48,722 nucleotides of DNA from a virus (taxonomy: Duplodnaviria > Caudoviricetes): IMG/VR virus record IMGVR_UViG_3300038393_001132, positions 1 through 48,722 of that record, one strand, 5' to 3'. The stretch's first letter is position 1. Each line of letters starts with the position of its first letter. This document shows positions 48,399 to 48,722 of this stretch, one piece after another. Both the position numbers and the translations under genes were made by a program. The notes under the pieces were generated by a model. The model saw only the letters and a list, made by a program, of their open reading frames with translations, was not told the origin of the DNA and did no database searches.

Positions 48399-48722
48399 AT
48401 GATAAAAATTGAAATCAAAAACAGGTGGACTGGCAAAATTCTTTTTGAATATTCAAAAGAAAACAACACTCTGTTAGAAACCTTATTAGAAGCTATTAAA
48501 AGAGGTGCCGATTTGAGCGATGCCGATTTGAGCGATGCCAATTTGAGAGGTGCCGATTTAAGCGATGCCAATTTGAGCGATGCCGATTTGAGCGATGCCG
48601 ATTTGAGCGATGCCGATTTAAGCGATGCCAATTTGAGCGATGCCGATTTGAGCGATGCCAATTTGAGCGATGCCAATTTGAGAGGTGCCGATTTAAGCGA
48701 TGCCAATTTGAGCGATGCCGAT
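48399..48722 (+). CDS. Pentapeptide-repeat protein (partial)
   Basis: [18 protein letters not shown]... then A(D/N)LS(D)/ANLRG repeats; 15-bp DNA repeat of about 14 units from 48507. Confidence 0.92.
   Translation, partial: MIKIEIKNRWTGKILFEYSKENNTLLETLLEAIKRGADLSDADLSDANLRGADLSDANLSDADLSDADLSDADLSDANLSDADLSDANLSDANLRGADLSDANLSDAD

Noticed and set aside
48383-48706. Minus-strand ASLKS-repeat ORF, or a CRISPR array
   Set aside because: Antisense of the pentapeptide gene; the 15-bp units are contiguous with no spacers.
1-48722. Diversity-generating retroelement, Cas genes, lysis cassette or DNA polymerase
   Set aside because: No reverse transcriptase, Cas, endolysin or polymerase motifs were seen; lysis and replication genes probably lie outside the window.

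Overview
About 49 kb of a temperate Bacteroidota phage with a podovirus-like, crAss-type virion gene layout. It was apparently sequenced in excised form, since an intact attP (3' half of tRNA-Gly(CCC) with arm repeats) lies inside the window next to a tyrosine integrase and a CI/Cro-like switch. Minus strand, about 1-30 kb: fibre-like protein, capsid, scaffold, portal, terminase, ejection proteins (including a 2175-aa zincin/LPD38-like protein), tail stabilisation and ring proteins. About 30-36 kb: middle genes (exonuclease, DUF3127 SSB-like, Acb2-like, RepL-like). About 36-43 kb: small early genes, followed by GroEL, integrase, attP and repressor. Most notable: (1) a tail-fibre-like protein missed by the ORF track, with a Sec signal peptide and about 21 Bacteroidota O-glycosylation sequons; (2) a dispersed chaperonin kit of GroEL plus three GroES-like genes (four domains); (3) a five-copy bipartite late-promoter motif (CTATAACTAWAAA...TTTG, 47-48 bp) linking groEL to the virion genes; (4) a two-copy structured RNA with a constant scaffold and an exactly 33-nt variable insert; (5) a dif-like XerCD site. 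All calls come from reading motifs by eye; no database searches were run.
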